Shown one piece after another: positions 29,501-36,964 of a DNA stretch of 64,000 nt. Every line of letters starts with the position of its first letter. Positions within the stretch are counted from its first letter, which is position 1. The notes under the pieces were generated by a model. It ran no database searches and was not told where the DNA came from. It was given only the letters and a program-made list of their open reading frames with translations. The position numbers and the translations under genes were made by a program. The stretch comes from a virus, in the IMG/VR virus record IMGVR_UViG_3300022902_000007, one strand, 5' to 3'.

Positions 29501-31985
29501 TGCAAGAATTGCTTACAGGACTGCTACAGCGAGAACTGCTCAGAGGGTGACAAGAGCTACGGCAAGAGCCTTGAATAGATCCGGCGGGGCTTCTATCGGA
29601 CAAAAGCTGACGGCTCTCGAAGCTCGGTCGGTGGCTACAGCTGCGGCCTCGGCTGCAGAGAAAGTTGCAGTCGGCTCTGCTGGGAGAGTATCTGCTCGTC
29701 AGATATTCCAGGCTTCATCTGCTGGACGGAAGTTAGCGTTCATAGAGACTGCCGCTGCGTCTGGCACCAGTGTTGATGCCGCAGTTTCTGCGTCTCTGAC
29801 CTCAACAGAACGGCTGGCCTATATCTCTAAGCTCGTTGGTTTCAAGGGTGGACCTGCCCCAGTTAAGTTTGGTGTCTGGACTGCTGGCGGATTTAAACCA
29901 GCGGCTATCGGTGCTGGTAAGTTCGCTTTCGGCCGCCTTGGAGCCTTCACTGGAGCTGGTCTCAGACTTACTTCTCTCGGACTTGGTGTCGCCGGAGCGC
30001 TGGACCTTTCCCGTTATCTCCTATTCACCCCTCTGTATCACAAGACAATTGGCAACTTGAAGAAGTGGTATGCGAGAAACAAAGTCTCTCTGATGCTGTC
30101 GCCGCAGGACGATAACCTCTATCCTCCCTCTCCTAAAGACTATATGCGTATCAAGCCTCCTGGCTTCAAAGAAGCTGTCGGCCGAGTAGCGTGGGGGGCT
30201 GGGAACTCCCTCTTCTCTGTCGCTACACTTACTGGCAATACAGATGATACCGTAGAGAATTGGTGGAAGGCATGGCACAAGTCAGACTGGATGTTGGATA
30301 AGCGAGTTGAGCCTCAGCAGTGTGTCTACCGGCCTCAGAACTCTACTATTTGGGATATCTTCCATGAGATGTCCTTGAGACATCCCGGCTGGATTTATGG
30401 TGCTGTTCCCTATGGAAATAGCTTCCGTTACACCATGTTCTTCGGTGTCCCATCTCAGAGATATTGGAGCAAGCCAGCTGGCAACGACTTCATCTTCAGA
30501 ATGAACATGCTTAGAGATATGCTGGATAAGGGAGAGATTACGAATGAGCAATACAAGAGACTGTATGGTACGCCTGCTTTAGACAAGTTGGCTCGGGAGG
30601 TTGATGATTCCCACAGGTTCGTTACAGATATTGTGGGTGCTGATTATCCTAACGCTGAAGCTTTCGATGACAGCTCTGTAAAGACTGCTCTCACAATCAA
30701 GATGACCAACCAGGCAATGGATGAGTATCTGAAGGGCTTGGAGGCAAGGTTCGTTCCTTTCCGCCGCTATCACATGCTTACTTCCGAGCAGGATATCGTA
30801 GCTAATAACATCATGTCTTCTGAACACAATGTGGCGAATGCTGTCTCTGCCATGTACATGAATGTCGAAGACAAGGATGTTCCTGCTGGCTCTGTCACTG
30901 TAAAAGCCAACACGATGCTTCCTGAGCACAATGTCCGTACTCAAGCAATCAGCTATCCCAACTGCCGTGGTTACACCATGGGCTTGCGCTATGCCATGGG
31001 TCAGCTGATGTACGAGATGAAGCAGATGTATCGTGGTGAGCTACTCGTACTGGGGAATCCAAGGATCCGGCCATGGGATCAGTGCATCTTGATGGACCGC
31101 TACACAGATATGTTTGGTCCGATTGAGGTTGAGCAGGTTGTGGATATGTTCTCTCATGAGACTGGCTACTTGACTGAAATCAAGCCGAATGCTGTTGTGT
31201 TCGCAAACGAGATTGCCACCTGGCCAATCATAGAAGCCCTCAAGCTATTCGTCATGGCTGTGAAGGACAATGAGTCGGGCAGAACCCCGATGGACCCCGA
31301 CCAGATCATCGAGAAGGCCTGGGGTGACTCTGTCTCTGATGAGTTCAAAGAGCATATGTCTCGAAGATATGGTGAGCTTTTTGCTGAAGGTTTCAGGCTT
31401 GAAGACATCTATCCAAATCAGAATCCCGATGCGCTGGGCATCAGAGAAGGAACTGGAGGACTTGCTGCCGCTGCTGACTCTGTCGGGACGCTTGCTCTGA
31501 CTGGGGCTGTTGCGCTGGTTGCTGGTGCTACCACTCTTGCTGGGGTGAAAGTAGCAGGTACTCTTGGCCGTAGCAGCTCTATGCTTACCAAGGTCTTTGG
31601 TGGAATGGCTCTTGGAGCCGTGAGTGGAGGTGTCGTAGCTCAGACCGCCGAAACTGGAATTGCAGCAAAGGGTTTCCTCATAGACAGGCTCGCTGACCCA
31701 CTTGGAATGACCTGGTTGATTGCTGGACCTATCCTCTTCAACAAATGTCTTGAAGAGGATGTGATTGCCGTGATTCCGCTTTTGAAGAATGGACAGCCTG
31801 TTGTCTCTGGCCTCACCTATAAGGATCCTCTTGCTTTCTGGACAAGCATTCGCGGACGTGTTTCCAATATAGTGGATGATACTTACGAAGGTACTCGTGA
31901 TCAACTCACGGATTGGAAGATGTATGGCTTTGAATGGTGGCGTCGTTACAAAGATGAAGACAAAGATGCTCTGTTAGGATGTTAG
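23550..31985 (+). CDS. giant baseplate hub / tail-associated lysin with M23 peptidase (2811 aa)
   Basis: M23 motifs HYGLD (~24867), TRYLHM and GNTGRSSGPHLHFE (~25085-25125). C-terminal gp27/hub-like segments LRPGLNVQLRVGF..LSGRVTDV and YRGELLVLGNPRIRPWD..VEQVVDMFSHETGYLTEI. Confidence 0.75.
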   Translation: MTLPIAGAVVLPRDIFRVNDINLSIPPSQISVRKEDLIWSWKTLRTKASTKVPSGHGMVQASLSIYFTPDLLLDLIRLIVQFRHSPFCWVENEYLRQSICPHWPLYQSMAFTMSSIHVAPFRGHPGTFICEIDLRWFNYFPYAFNYLFRREWLTEPLKNQSNNVQLSIPTYGRVEGIDLPVTQTIITSPQDLANAIEEYDVISGAKRDIVAGSTVQDMEARHGGVVFDNMPLPNRMAKSEAVQDPAASNIYVRYINSLMQKRLWEGFGIDAAGDIIDAVDERYWSRFTAGEEQPSRTFRIVRRLNDISQLPAGVADEWITKILATTKYTTFTWHQYLSVELPPKLQKAMKEFHTKIIEGEVKKFQWMREETQKTLDEWASRKYGASYSSGEIIPGAKPGNEDSLNHLPWYPPCKAAPVTSVFTITPPYRLHPKLNKYLPHYGLDVGIAEGTPLYATNDGILYKEESEGGGLGVYIVHNPLDMRTRYLHMSGYADEVESGETVSRGQLIGYSGNTGRSSGPHLHFEMKKISTGQLQDPFILLTNQSFWNSNTDYPEDVEASDFGTDIDTDLDIDSDVDTDALGNDVRDPDGDSPNVPSNSADIEKGLGDGGAIGLTDEEKQLVADTYAELIDEGWVYYEKDQSVTNVWQRAVSIMVDTDWLLENKEATGELLFKEGAIISSMAGSLQHVIASIPILGHEFPTHQHLGSIEPNYMIEFALLDDGEKNTGIGTIGKMLETMRASLQENARTFRIIPDCWTLATDHFITRLFGSYSETDILLDDENGQTEIKKRSAISASQTETKQGNPGLSAMVFEFSETNPYETEFIVAEPSLVDDIEDRRKEVLHALYDMSLSDPGKTAAILAMGEMLSVDEIDSFRQNDEWKAANGRVGGKDQSVVTFDNFSVAADPMLLTAGAVGLPPSSTDQVDPVQALIAQAAGIGTIGYQEHLDLIDIDTALRNSPELDPLYAEGAGFVSETRNGDFYFKAGEYPSTTAYDATEFYRLYPELEGVDLDELAGLYSILRSLLRATRRMLVDEGVPNAHGADEVWKRLYEMPDKAAVKPQMYSQFVYYLAQLLGGDTGIERLHLAGIGDRYIDLDAISQEDKEELRERELLNSMKSGIWQLCFDAPTQLFLHTLAAYSFFNDAGIQVLSGTDIGDIQWGQLNKNLKLSYQSEKAQDAVDEYVWLLPIDASVPEQLANSFPLLGDVVSRGGDLSQSFGLHASFDKFLLSSWLIHARTSAFWPEIMKANRGNIQAYQTLVGAAERAFPDDPKVQAAIEQAGKEASSVKWTADAPGESKTQEISEAYKAAAEAVIEALPQSHIRFPCSTSIESNKISWLKKLYQTLADRILESPRLLALFGLEDLLNFDAGSQHRGSECYPDLDLPKHPYYPENFNATSPDFYMWNMYEDGPGALTQEMLQVVSEQATQAIQGPYEHLKSMMGNGIKPFAERDEWLTVYGDDGSSELTPRLSALRASWEGSDENLVKMGSEYISMREMQAAFPDPEALEEWRSRGDDGLRELGNKVKSLKGTAQSVEAVDTAIGMPGINDPKSDEYTQAYSLENLYKTLVDLQQDIRPLSPLLSAFDGNPQYTQIPRADLDTYKDLVKKVQETKTFFGSRAGYLGDRITKDTAKLITDSTTDTRVAALDAYTHAFDPASLLRLAQDSAADILSEKMTLRRAYPTFKLMFVEEDEFESRWLNFDDFHSYNSVKEFTIVRSRDMAASTAHITLQNVSGTLDGTKRNVITDLDYFQEAEIEQIEGDAKYTMMDARSESAPRIDSSQDQPFGALVLRPGLNVQLRVGFSNDPGMLEVMLSGRVTDVTWSTNGDMAEIVVQSFGTELVQALKGRDEFYDQNGEPNAEQEIYETTHKLLGSMMLSPELRHFGRWEWGQLYQYGESKDSRLDFYDYARDSFLNKFKVMTGVSRWIARHPVLTCVSAIGLAALATFTPIRGGAGFLSKGLAGFGRVGRWIGLGRAAATVSDDAARIAYRTATARTAQRVTRATARALNRSGGASIGQKLTALEARSVATAAASAAEKVAVGSAGRVSARQIFQASSAGRKLAFIETAAASGTSVDAAVSASLTSTERLAYISKLVGFKGGPAPVKFGVWTAGGFKPAAIGAGKFAFGRLGAFTGAGLRLTSLGLGVAGALDLSRYLLFTPLYHKTIGNLKKWYARNKVSLMLSPQDDNLYPPSPKDYMRIKPPGFKEAVGRVAWGAGNSLFSVATLTGNTDDTVENWWKAWHKSDWMLDKRVEPQQCVYRPQNSTIWDIFHEMSLRHPGWIYGAVPYGNSFRYTMFFGVPSQRYWSKPAGNDFIFRMNMLRDMLDKGEITNEQYKRLYGTPALDKLAREVDDSHRFVTDIVGADYPNAEAFDDSSVKTALTIKMTNQAMDEYLKGLEARFVPFRRYHMLTSEQDIVANNIMSSEHNVANAVSAMYMNVEDKDVPAGSVTVKANTMLPEHNVRTQAISYPNCRGYTMGLRYAMGQLMYEMKQMYRGELLVLGNPRIRPWDQCILMDRYTDMFGPIEVEQVVDMFSHETGYLTEIKPNAVVFANEIATWPIIEALKLFVMAVKDNESGRTPMDPDQIIEKAWGDSVSDEFKEHMSRRYGELFAEGFRLEDIYPNQNPDALGIREGTGGLAAAADSVGTLALTGAVALVAGATTLAGVKVAGTLGRSSSMLTKVFGGMALGAVSGGVVAQTAETGIAAKGFLIDRLADPLGMTWLIAGPILFNKCLEEDVIAVIPLLKNGQPVVSGLTYKDPLAFWTSIRGRVSNIVDDTYEGTRDQLTDWKMYGFEWWRRYKDEDKDALLGC

Positions 31986-31986
31986 A

Positions 31987-32460
31987 ATGTTCAAGCGTGG
32001 AAAAGCAGCAAGAGAGCGGGAATCTCTGAGGAGAGACCAGGTCTATCCCAACAAGAGTTTCATTAGGACTATTCGCAATTGTGAAATCATAAATGTGATT
32101 GGTCCTGAGGACGGGACAAAAGATCCTGAAGCCCCCAGAGAGCAGTACCACCTGTATGTTCATGTCAGGACTCCTACTGACGCAGAGCTCATTGTGCCTC
32201 TGGCTGGGACACATCACGAGATCTATACGATTTATGGGACTCCAAAAGCTCTCATTGGCAAGAGGTGTACTGTAGAATACTTAGGAAGCTCGATCAAAGA
32301 TGCTGAGCAAAGAGGCACCGCGAGGATTGAAAGGGACATGACTGCACGTTTTCCAGAATCCCGTCCAGTCTTCTCGATAATGGGCCTGTTGGGTATTGGA
32401 TCTGGAGCCGACCATTCCAAACTGGGCTCTGAGTCCGACTTTGAAGGGAGCAAGTACTAA
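31987..32460 (+). CDS. putative baseplate/spike-associated protein
   Basis: Between hub and wedge genes; beta-rich, OB-like. Confidence 0.4.
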   Translation: MFKRGKAARERESLRRDQVYPNKSFIRTIRNCEIINVIGPEDGTKDPEAPREQYHLYVHVRTPTDAELIVPLAGTHHEIYTIYGTPKALIGKRCTVEYLGSSIKDAEQRGTARIERDMTARFPESRPVFSIMGLLGIGSGADHSKLGSESDFEGSKY

Positions 32461-32801
32461 TGAGTAGCGAAGCCAAACACTGGAAGTATGCATATAACAA
32501 AGAGAAGACTGGCTACATGATGGTCTCTCCTCAGGAAGCACGCATTGGAGTTGGTGACAAAGCCTATATCTCTGTCACGGAAGACGGAGTGAATATCGGT
32601 GGAGGCCAGCCCAGCAAGGTTGTTCTCAACACCATGTCCCCTATATATGGGGGTATCTGCAAAGACACTCCTTTCCCGATGTCCATGATTCCGGGGCCGA
32701 TGAGTCCCCCCAAACAGCTCCCCAACATCCCTCTTGAACAGCTGTTACCCTTGATAAAGAACATCTCTTCAATGCTTAGTGCAATGCAAGGCCTGATGTA
32801 G
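32460..32801 (+). CDS. putative baseplate spike-related protein
   Basis: Short beta-repeat segment (ARIGVGDKAYISVTEDGVNIGG) before the gp25-like gene. Confidence 0.4.
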   Translation: MSSEAKHWKYAYNKEKTGYMMVSPQEARIGVGDKAYISVTEDGVNIGGGQPSKVVLNTMSPIYGGICKDTPFPMSMIPGPMSPPKQLPNIPLEQLLPLIKNISSMLSAMQGLM

Positions 32802-32810
32802 GAGTTCAAG

Positions 32811-33266
32811 ATGAGCAGTAGAACTCGCCAAAGTGGAGTACGGACCAATGAAGCTGTGCAGGATTTGTTCTTTTCCAGCAATGGAGACTTCCGGCTTGGA
32901 GAAGCTGGGGTCATGGAGAGGACTGTGGGCTATGACCATAGAGCGCTTGTCCAAGCGATAGTCAAGAGGCTGTCCAGTACAAAAGGTGACTGGGTCATGC
33001 AGCCTCACATAGGCGCCAGTGTTGGTGATTTTCTTGGGCAGGATAACTCAGCAGATACCGCTCGGCTTATCAAAAGCCGAATCGTTTCCGAGCTAACCAG
33101 AGATCGTCTTGTATCTGGCCAAAGTTTGAATGTACAGATCGTTCCTACATCCAAGACTGCTATAATGATTTTGGTCTTCGTGAAGACAGATGATCCTTCA
33201 CAGCCGATTGCCATTCAGCTCACGTATGACATGCGTGACAACAAATTAATCCCTCGTAATCTTTAG
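32811..33266 (+). CDS. baseplate wedge subunit, gp25/GpW-like
   Basis: DLFFSSNGDF...QAIVKRLSSTKGDWVMQPHIGASVGDFLGQDN gp25-type signature. Confidence 0.75.
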   Translation: MSSRTRQSGVRTNEAVQDLFFSSNGDFRLGEAGVMERTVGYDHRALVQAIVKRLSSTKGDWVMQPHIGASVGDFLGQDNSADTARLIKSRIVSELTRDRLVSGQSLNVQIVPTSKTAIMILVFVKTDDPSQPIAIQLTYDMRDNKLIPRNL

Positions 33267-33274
33267 GTGCATAG

Positions 33275-34513
33275 ATGGCTGATTTACCGTCTCTCAAAAA
33301 TCCTGTTTCGCTCTACAAGAGTATGCGAGAAAAGCTTGCTCGTAGAACTGGACTGACATATCTCGGTGCAGATTCTGCTACCCGTGCGATGATGGATGGG
33401 TTCATTTCTGAAGAGCTGGCTTTGCGCAAAGACAGTCGTGAAGCTATTCTCGCCAATCAGATTGGGAGTGCAAGAGAAGGAGATCTTGATGCACTTGGAG
33501 GAGAGCGTTTACCCAGACTAATGCCGACCTACGCTTCTGTAACTGTTTCGGAAGAAAATCTGATGTGGTATACAGACACTACCTTTGGGGGGATCAACGG
33601 CGGTGGCAGCTTTACGCTTGGGGCTGGGGAGATAGTCAGCGTACCTGCTTCTCCCAGCGGAGATGTGACGATTCAATACCTCTTGACATCCTCTTGTACT
33701 TGTGCAGCTGGTAGCAACATCGCTTATTGCTCTGCCAGAGCTCAGTCGATGGGGGCGAATCAGAATGTCAGAGCCAACTCTTTGACAGTTCACAGCTTTA
33801 CCGGTTACACCGATCATTCAAACAACAGTCTAAAGGTCACAAATGTGTATCCTATTCTTAATGGACGTAACAGAGAACTGGATGACAACTACAGATATAG
33901 GCTTAGTAATTACTTTCCCGTATTGGCTGGAGCAAATACTGACAAGCTGAAGCTGTCTTCTCTCAAGGTTCCTGGAGTCATGGAAGTCAGGGTAATTCCT
34001 GGATATTATGGAGTGGGCACTGTTGCCGTTGCGGTGTTCGGGGCTGAAGGTGAATCGAGTACCCCTCTTGTCTCTGAGGTTCAGAGGCGGCTTTCTTCGA
34101 TTCAGACCGGCGGTCATAAGGCCTTGGCGATTCCAGGGGTGCGTGTAGAGTTCGACTTTGATGTGAACCTGATTGTGTCTGAGCAACCTTCTGCAGAGTT
34201 GCGAAGGAACCTCACAGCAAATATCAGGAGAAGCATTCAGTCTGTTCTCAAAGATGCTGACTCGAAGTCTTTTGTAGATTTCGAAGCCATACGAAGAACC
34301 GTCATATCTCAGAACCAAGCACTCGTTGGCATTACGACTCGGAGTGCTCGAAACCGTGGGAACCTTTTTGACAAGGTCTACGTAAGAAGGTCTGCTGCTA
34401 CCTCTCTGTATTCTTCAGAAAGGGAGACGGTTACAACTTCTACCTACACGCTGGAACAAGACGAGTTTGCCACAGCCGGAACCATCAACATTACATTTGA
34501 GGTCAGGACTTAA
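33275..34513 (+). CDS. baseplate J-like wedge protein
   Basis: AREGDLDALG, GANQNVRANSL, VTN...NGRNRELDDNYRYRL, VPGV...GVGTVAV baseplate-J motifs. Confidence 0.85.
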   Translation: MADLPSLKNPVSLYKSMREKLARRTGLTYLGADSATRAMMDGFISEELALRKDSREAILANQIGSAREGDLDALGGERLPRLMPTYASVTVSEENLMWYTDTTFGGINGGGSFTLGAGEIVSVPASPSGDVTIQYLLTSSCTCAAGSNIAYCSARAQSMGANQNVRANSLTVHSFTGYTDHSNNSLKVTNVYPILNGRNRELDDNYRYRLSNYFPVLAGANTDKLKLSSLKVPGVMEVRVIPGYYGVGTVAVAVFGAEGESSTPLVSEVQRRLSSIQTGGHKALAIPGVRVEFDFDVNLIVSEQPSAELRRNLTANIRRSIQSVLKDADSKSFVDFEAIRRTVISQNQALVGITTRSARNRGNLFDKVYVRRSAATSLYSSERETVTTSTYTLEQDEFATAGTINITFEVRT

Positions 34514-36090
34514 TGGCCGCTCCTTTCATCACTCAGCGTTTAGGTAACAAGTTTCCTCTGTGGACGAAGCTGCGCAGTGATCCATCCTCGTTTGGGCAGC
34601 GCTTCTACTCGACCCCTGCGGAAGAATTTGAATCCTTCAGGGCAAGTCTCGTCAAGTCCAGAGAGATGCTAAGATTGCTTTCTTTCTGTAACGAGCCAGA
34701 GGATGCCTGGGCAATACATCTTGATTCTGATGATGAATACCCCATCTCCCATAGCTTTGGGAAAAGAAGTGTCACATATCCGACAGTGACTGGAACTCTC
34801 TCTGGCACCGATTATACTTTGGTCAGAGCGTCTTACTCTGAGGATCTGTTTTATTCTTTTCCTACCAGACTGTCAGAAGGTGCTGCGGTATCTGTTAGTT
34901 TCGATGTCTGGGACAGCTCTGCTCCTTCTACATATGGAAGCTTCACGAGGCCAGAGCGTCTGTCTGTCTACATCAATAACAGTACTGACTACAAGGCTAC
35001 GGCTTTAGATGCTGGCTTTGGCGGGCAGTCTGGAGTGTTACTGACAGGCGAAGACCCAAATCATGTGGAGATACAAGAGTTTGTCCAAGTAGATGACGAC
35101 GGGGTTTATTTGACCAGGGAAATCCTGGATGCTTTGACAGATGTTCAGTACGATGGGTTTGACGGAGACATAGTAATATCTGCGGGAGCTCCTAATCGAG
35201 AGTATGTTGAAGACATGTTCCGAGTAGCTGTCCTCCCAGAGCTTGAGGGTCCTCTCAGGTACTCTCTCTACAACAGGTCTGGAGAGAACTATCTCAAGAT
35301 ATGGACTCCAATATACCTGGATGGAAGCGAGTACAGAAGAGACAATGGGATAGATGAGGCCAACGAAGAAATAATTGCCATACAGCGACTTCTTGACTCT
35401 GATGAAAATCCGATTGATGCCGTGGATCTCTGTGTGTCTCCATATGACACCCGTCTATACGTGTGTGATTCCAGTGGTGACATTCATGTTTATGATCCTG
35501 GCCTCTCGGAATTCACTCCTCCAGACACAGAAGAATCTTATCAGACTTACATAGAGTTGATTCCGCTATACAACCGTGTCGCTCTCAACGAGACCCTCAC
35601 TGTCTTCACTTGGTTTAGGGTTATGAGGGCGCCTGTTGGAAACGTGAGAATCTCTCGTGTTGATCCTGCTGGCACCACGACTTATTTACAGAGTGATCAT
35701 TCTTGGGGAGCGGCTTCATACTATTTCGCAAACACTGGTGAGCTTACTTTGCCAGAAGACTCTTGGAAAGACAAAACTTTCACAAGCACTTTCGATCAGC
35801 TTGGACAGTGGGACCTTTACCTCGAAGTGAACTTCATAGGCATGGGCGGCACTACTTATACGAGCCATACGGCGATAGTGTGTGAGAGTCTAATAGCTGG
35901 TGTTTCTCTTGAGACTTCCATCTCTTCCCCAACAGGATTGTTCTTCTCCCACACTGGAGAGCTCTGTGTGTGTGAGACTAACAGCTATACTCCCATCACT
36001 CTACATTCTGATTACTGGTATGCGGATGTGGATACTCAGAGAATGTTTCTGAAAGAGCAATATGATTCTGTAGAGGTTACATATGGGTAG
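34513..36090 (+). CDS. baseplate structural protein
   Basis: Translationally coupled to baseplate J; acidic and beta-rich. Confidence 0.5.
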   Translation: MAAPFITQRLGNKFPLWTKLRSDPSSFGQRFYSTPAEEFESFRASLVKSREMLRLLSFCNEPEDAWAIHLDSDDEYPISHSFGKRSVTYPTVTGTLSGTDYTLVRASYSEDLFYSFPTRLSEGAAVSVSFDVWDSSAPSTYGSFTRPERLSVYINNSTDYKATALDAGFGGQSGVLLTGEDPNHVEIQEFVQVDDDGVYLTREILDALTDVQYDGFDGDIVISAGAPNREYVEDMFRVAVLPELEGPLRYSLYNRSGENYLKIWTPIYLDGSEYRRDNGIDEANEEIIAIQRLLDSDENPIDAVDLCVSPYDTRLYVCDSSGDIHVYDPGLSEFTPPDTEESYQTYIELIPLYNRVALNETLTVFTWFRVMRAPVGNVRISRVDPAGTTTYLQSDHSWGAASYYFANTGELTLPEDSWKDKTFTSTFDQLGQWDLYLEVNFIGMGGTTYTSHTAIVCESLIAGVSLETSISSPTGLFFSHTGELCVCETNSYTPITLHSDYWYADVDTQRMFLKEQYDSVEVTYG

Positions 36091-36964
36091 TTATACGCCA
36101 GATAGATATGGGCTGCCGAGAGGGCTTGACGAAGTTGGGCTGCGCCTTGGGCTGCCAAGACTGCCGGCCGAAAACAATACTGACTACAGAAGAAGACTTC
36201 TTCTTCAGCCACGACGACCTCCAGGCCCAGACTGGGATAGCATCTTCAGATCCATTGCACGGACAGTGGGGGAATTCGACAAGCGTGTACTCAAGATCGT
36301 TTTTGATACCGACTCTGATGGGGCGACCGTTGCTGCAGATCCAAATATCATAGTGTCTTCTACCAGACTATATGTCTATTCCGATTTTACGAGCTTGACT
36401 CTGGCTGCTACTCTGGATATCTGGGACAGCGATGGGTCTTACTTCTTGAAGGACGTATATGACAGTCTCTCTGCTTTGTCTTTTCTGACAGTTACTCAGG
36501 AGGATGACTACTCTGACTATCTTCTCTCCAGGAATCTGATGATCTCGCATGCAGAAGGCCACGTATATCGTGAGCTTTTGAGGACATCTGCTTGTAACAG
36601 ACTCCAGAACGGCTTGCTCAGAACCATTTCGTTTGACAACTACAATGCTTTTAGTAGTCAGAAAGATCTAAAGGCCGACATCTCTGATGATGGAGATTTC
36701 TATGTAGATATGGTCAATGGCGTTGTGTTCAGTCAGTCTGCACAGAGGGGTGGGGCTTATTATTCTTATGTCAAAAATCCATTCTACCTCTGGTGGCAGC
36801 CGATAAGAACAGAGCCTGCTAATGATCCGACTCTAATGCATGCCCTGATGGACAGCAGAATCGATCAGAGCGACGGCTCTTCCGAACCGTCTGTACTAAA
36901 TGGCTATGGAACTGATATAGTGAACAGAATTTCATCCACTCACCCACTTGGATGGGGAGAATAA
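36083..36964 (+). CDS. baseplate wedge protein (gpI/gp7-like N-terminus)
   Basis: LDEVGLRLGLPRLPAENNTDYRRRL motif. Confidence 0.55.
   Translation: MGSYTPDRYGLPRGLDEVGLRLGLPRLPAENNTDYRRRLLLQPRRPPGPDWDSIFRSIARTVGEFDKRVLKIVFDTDSDGATVAADPNIIVSSTRLYVYSDFTSLTLAATLDIWDSDGSYFLKDVYDSLSALSFLTVTQEDDYSDYLLSRNLMISHAEGHVYRELLRTSACNRLQNGLLRTISFDNYNAFSSQKDLKADISDDGDFYVDMVNGVVFSQSAQRGGAYYSYVKNPFYLWWQPIRTEPANDPTLMHALMDSRIDQSDGSSEPSVLNGYGTDIVNRISSTHPLGWGE

Noticed and set aside
7096-34513. Bacterial contractile injection system or tailocin rather than a phage
   Set aside because: Major capsid, scaffold, neck genes and phage-type nucleases are present.
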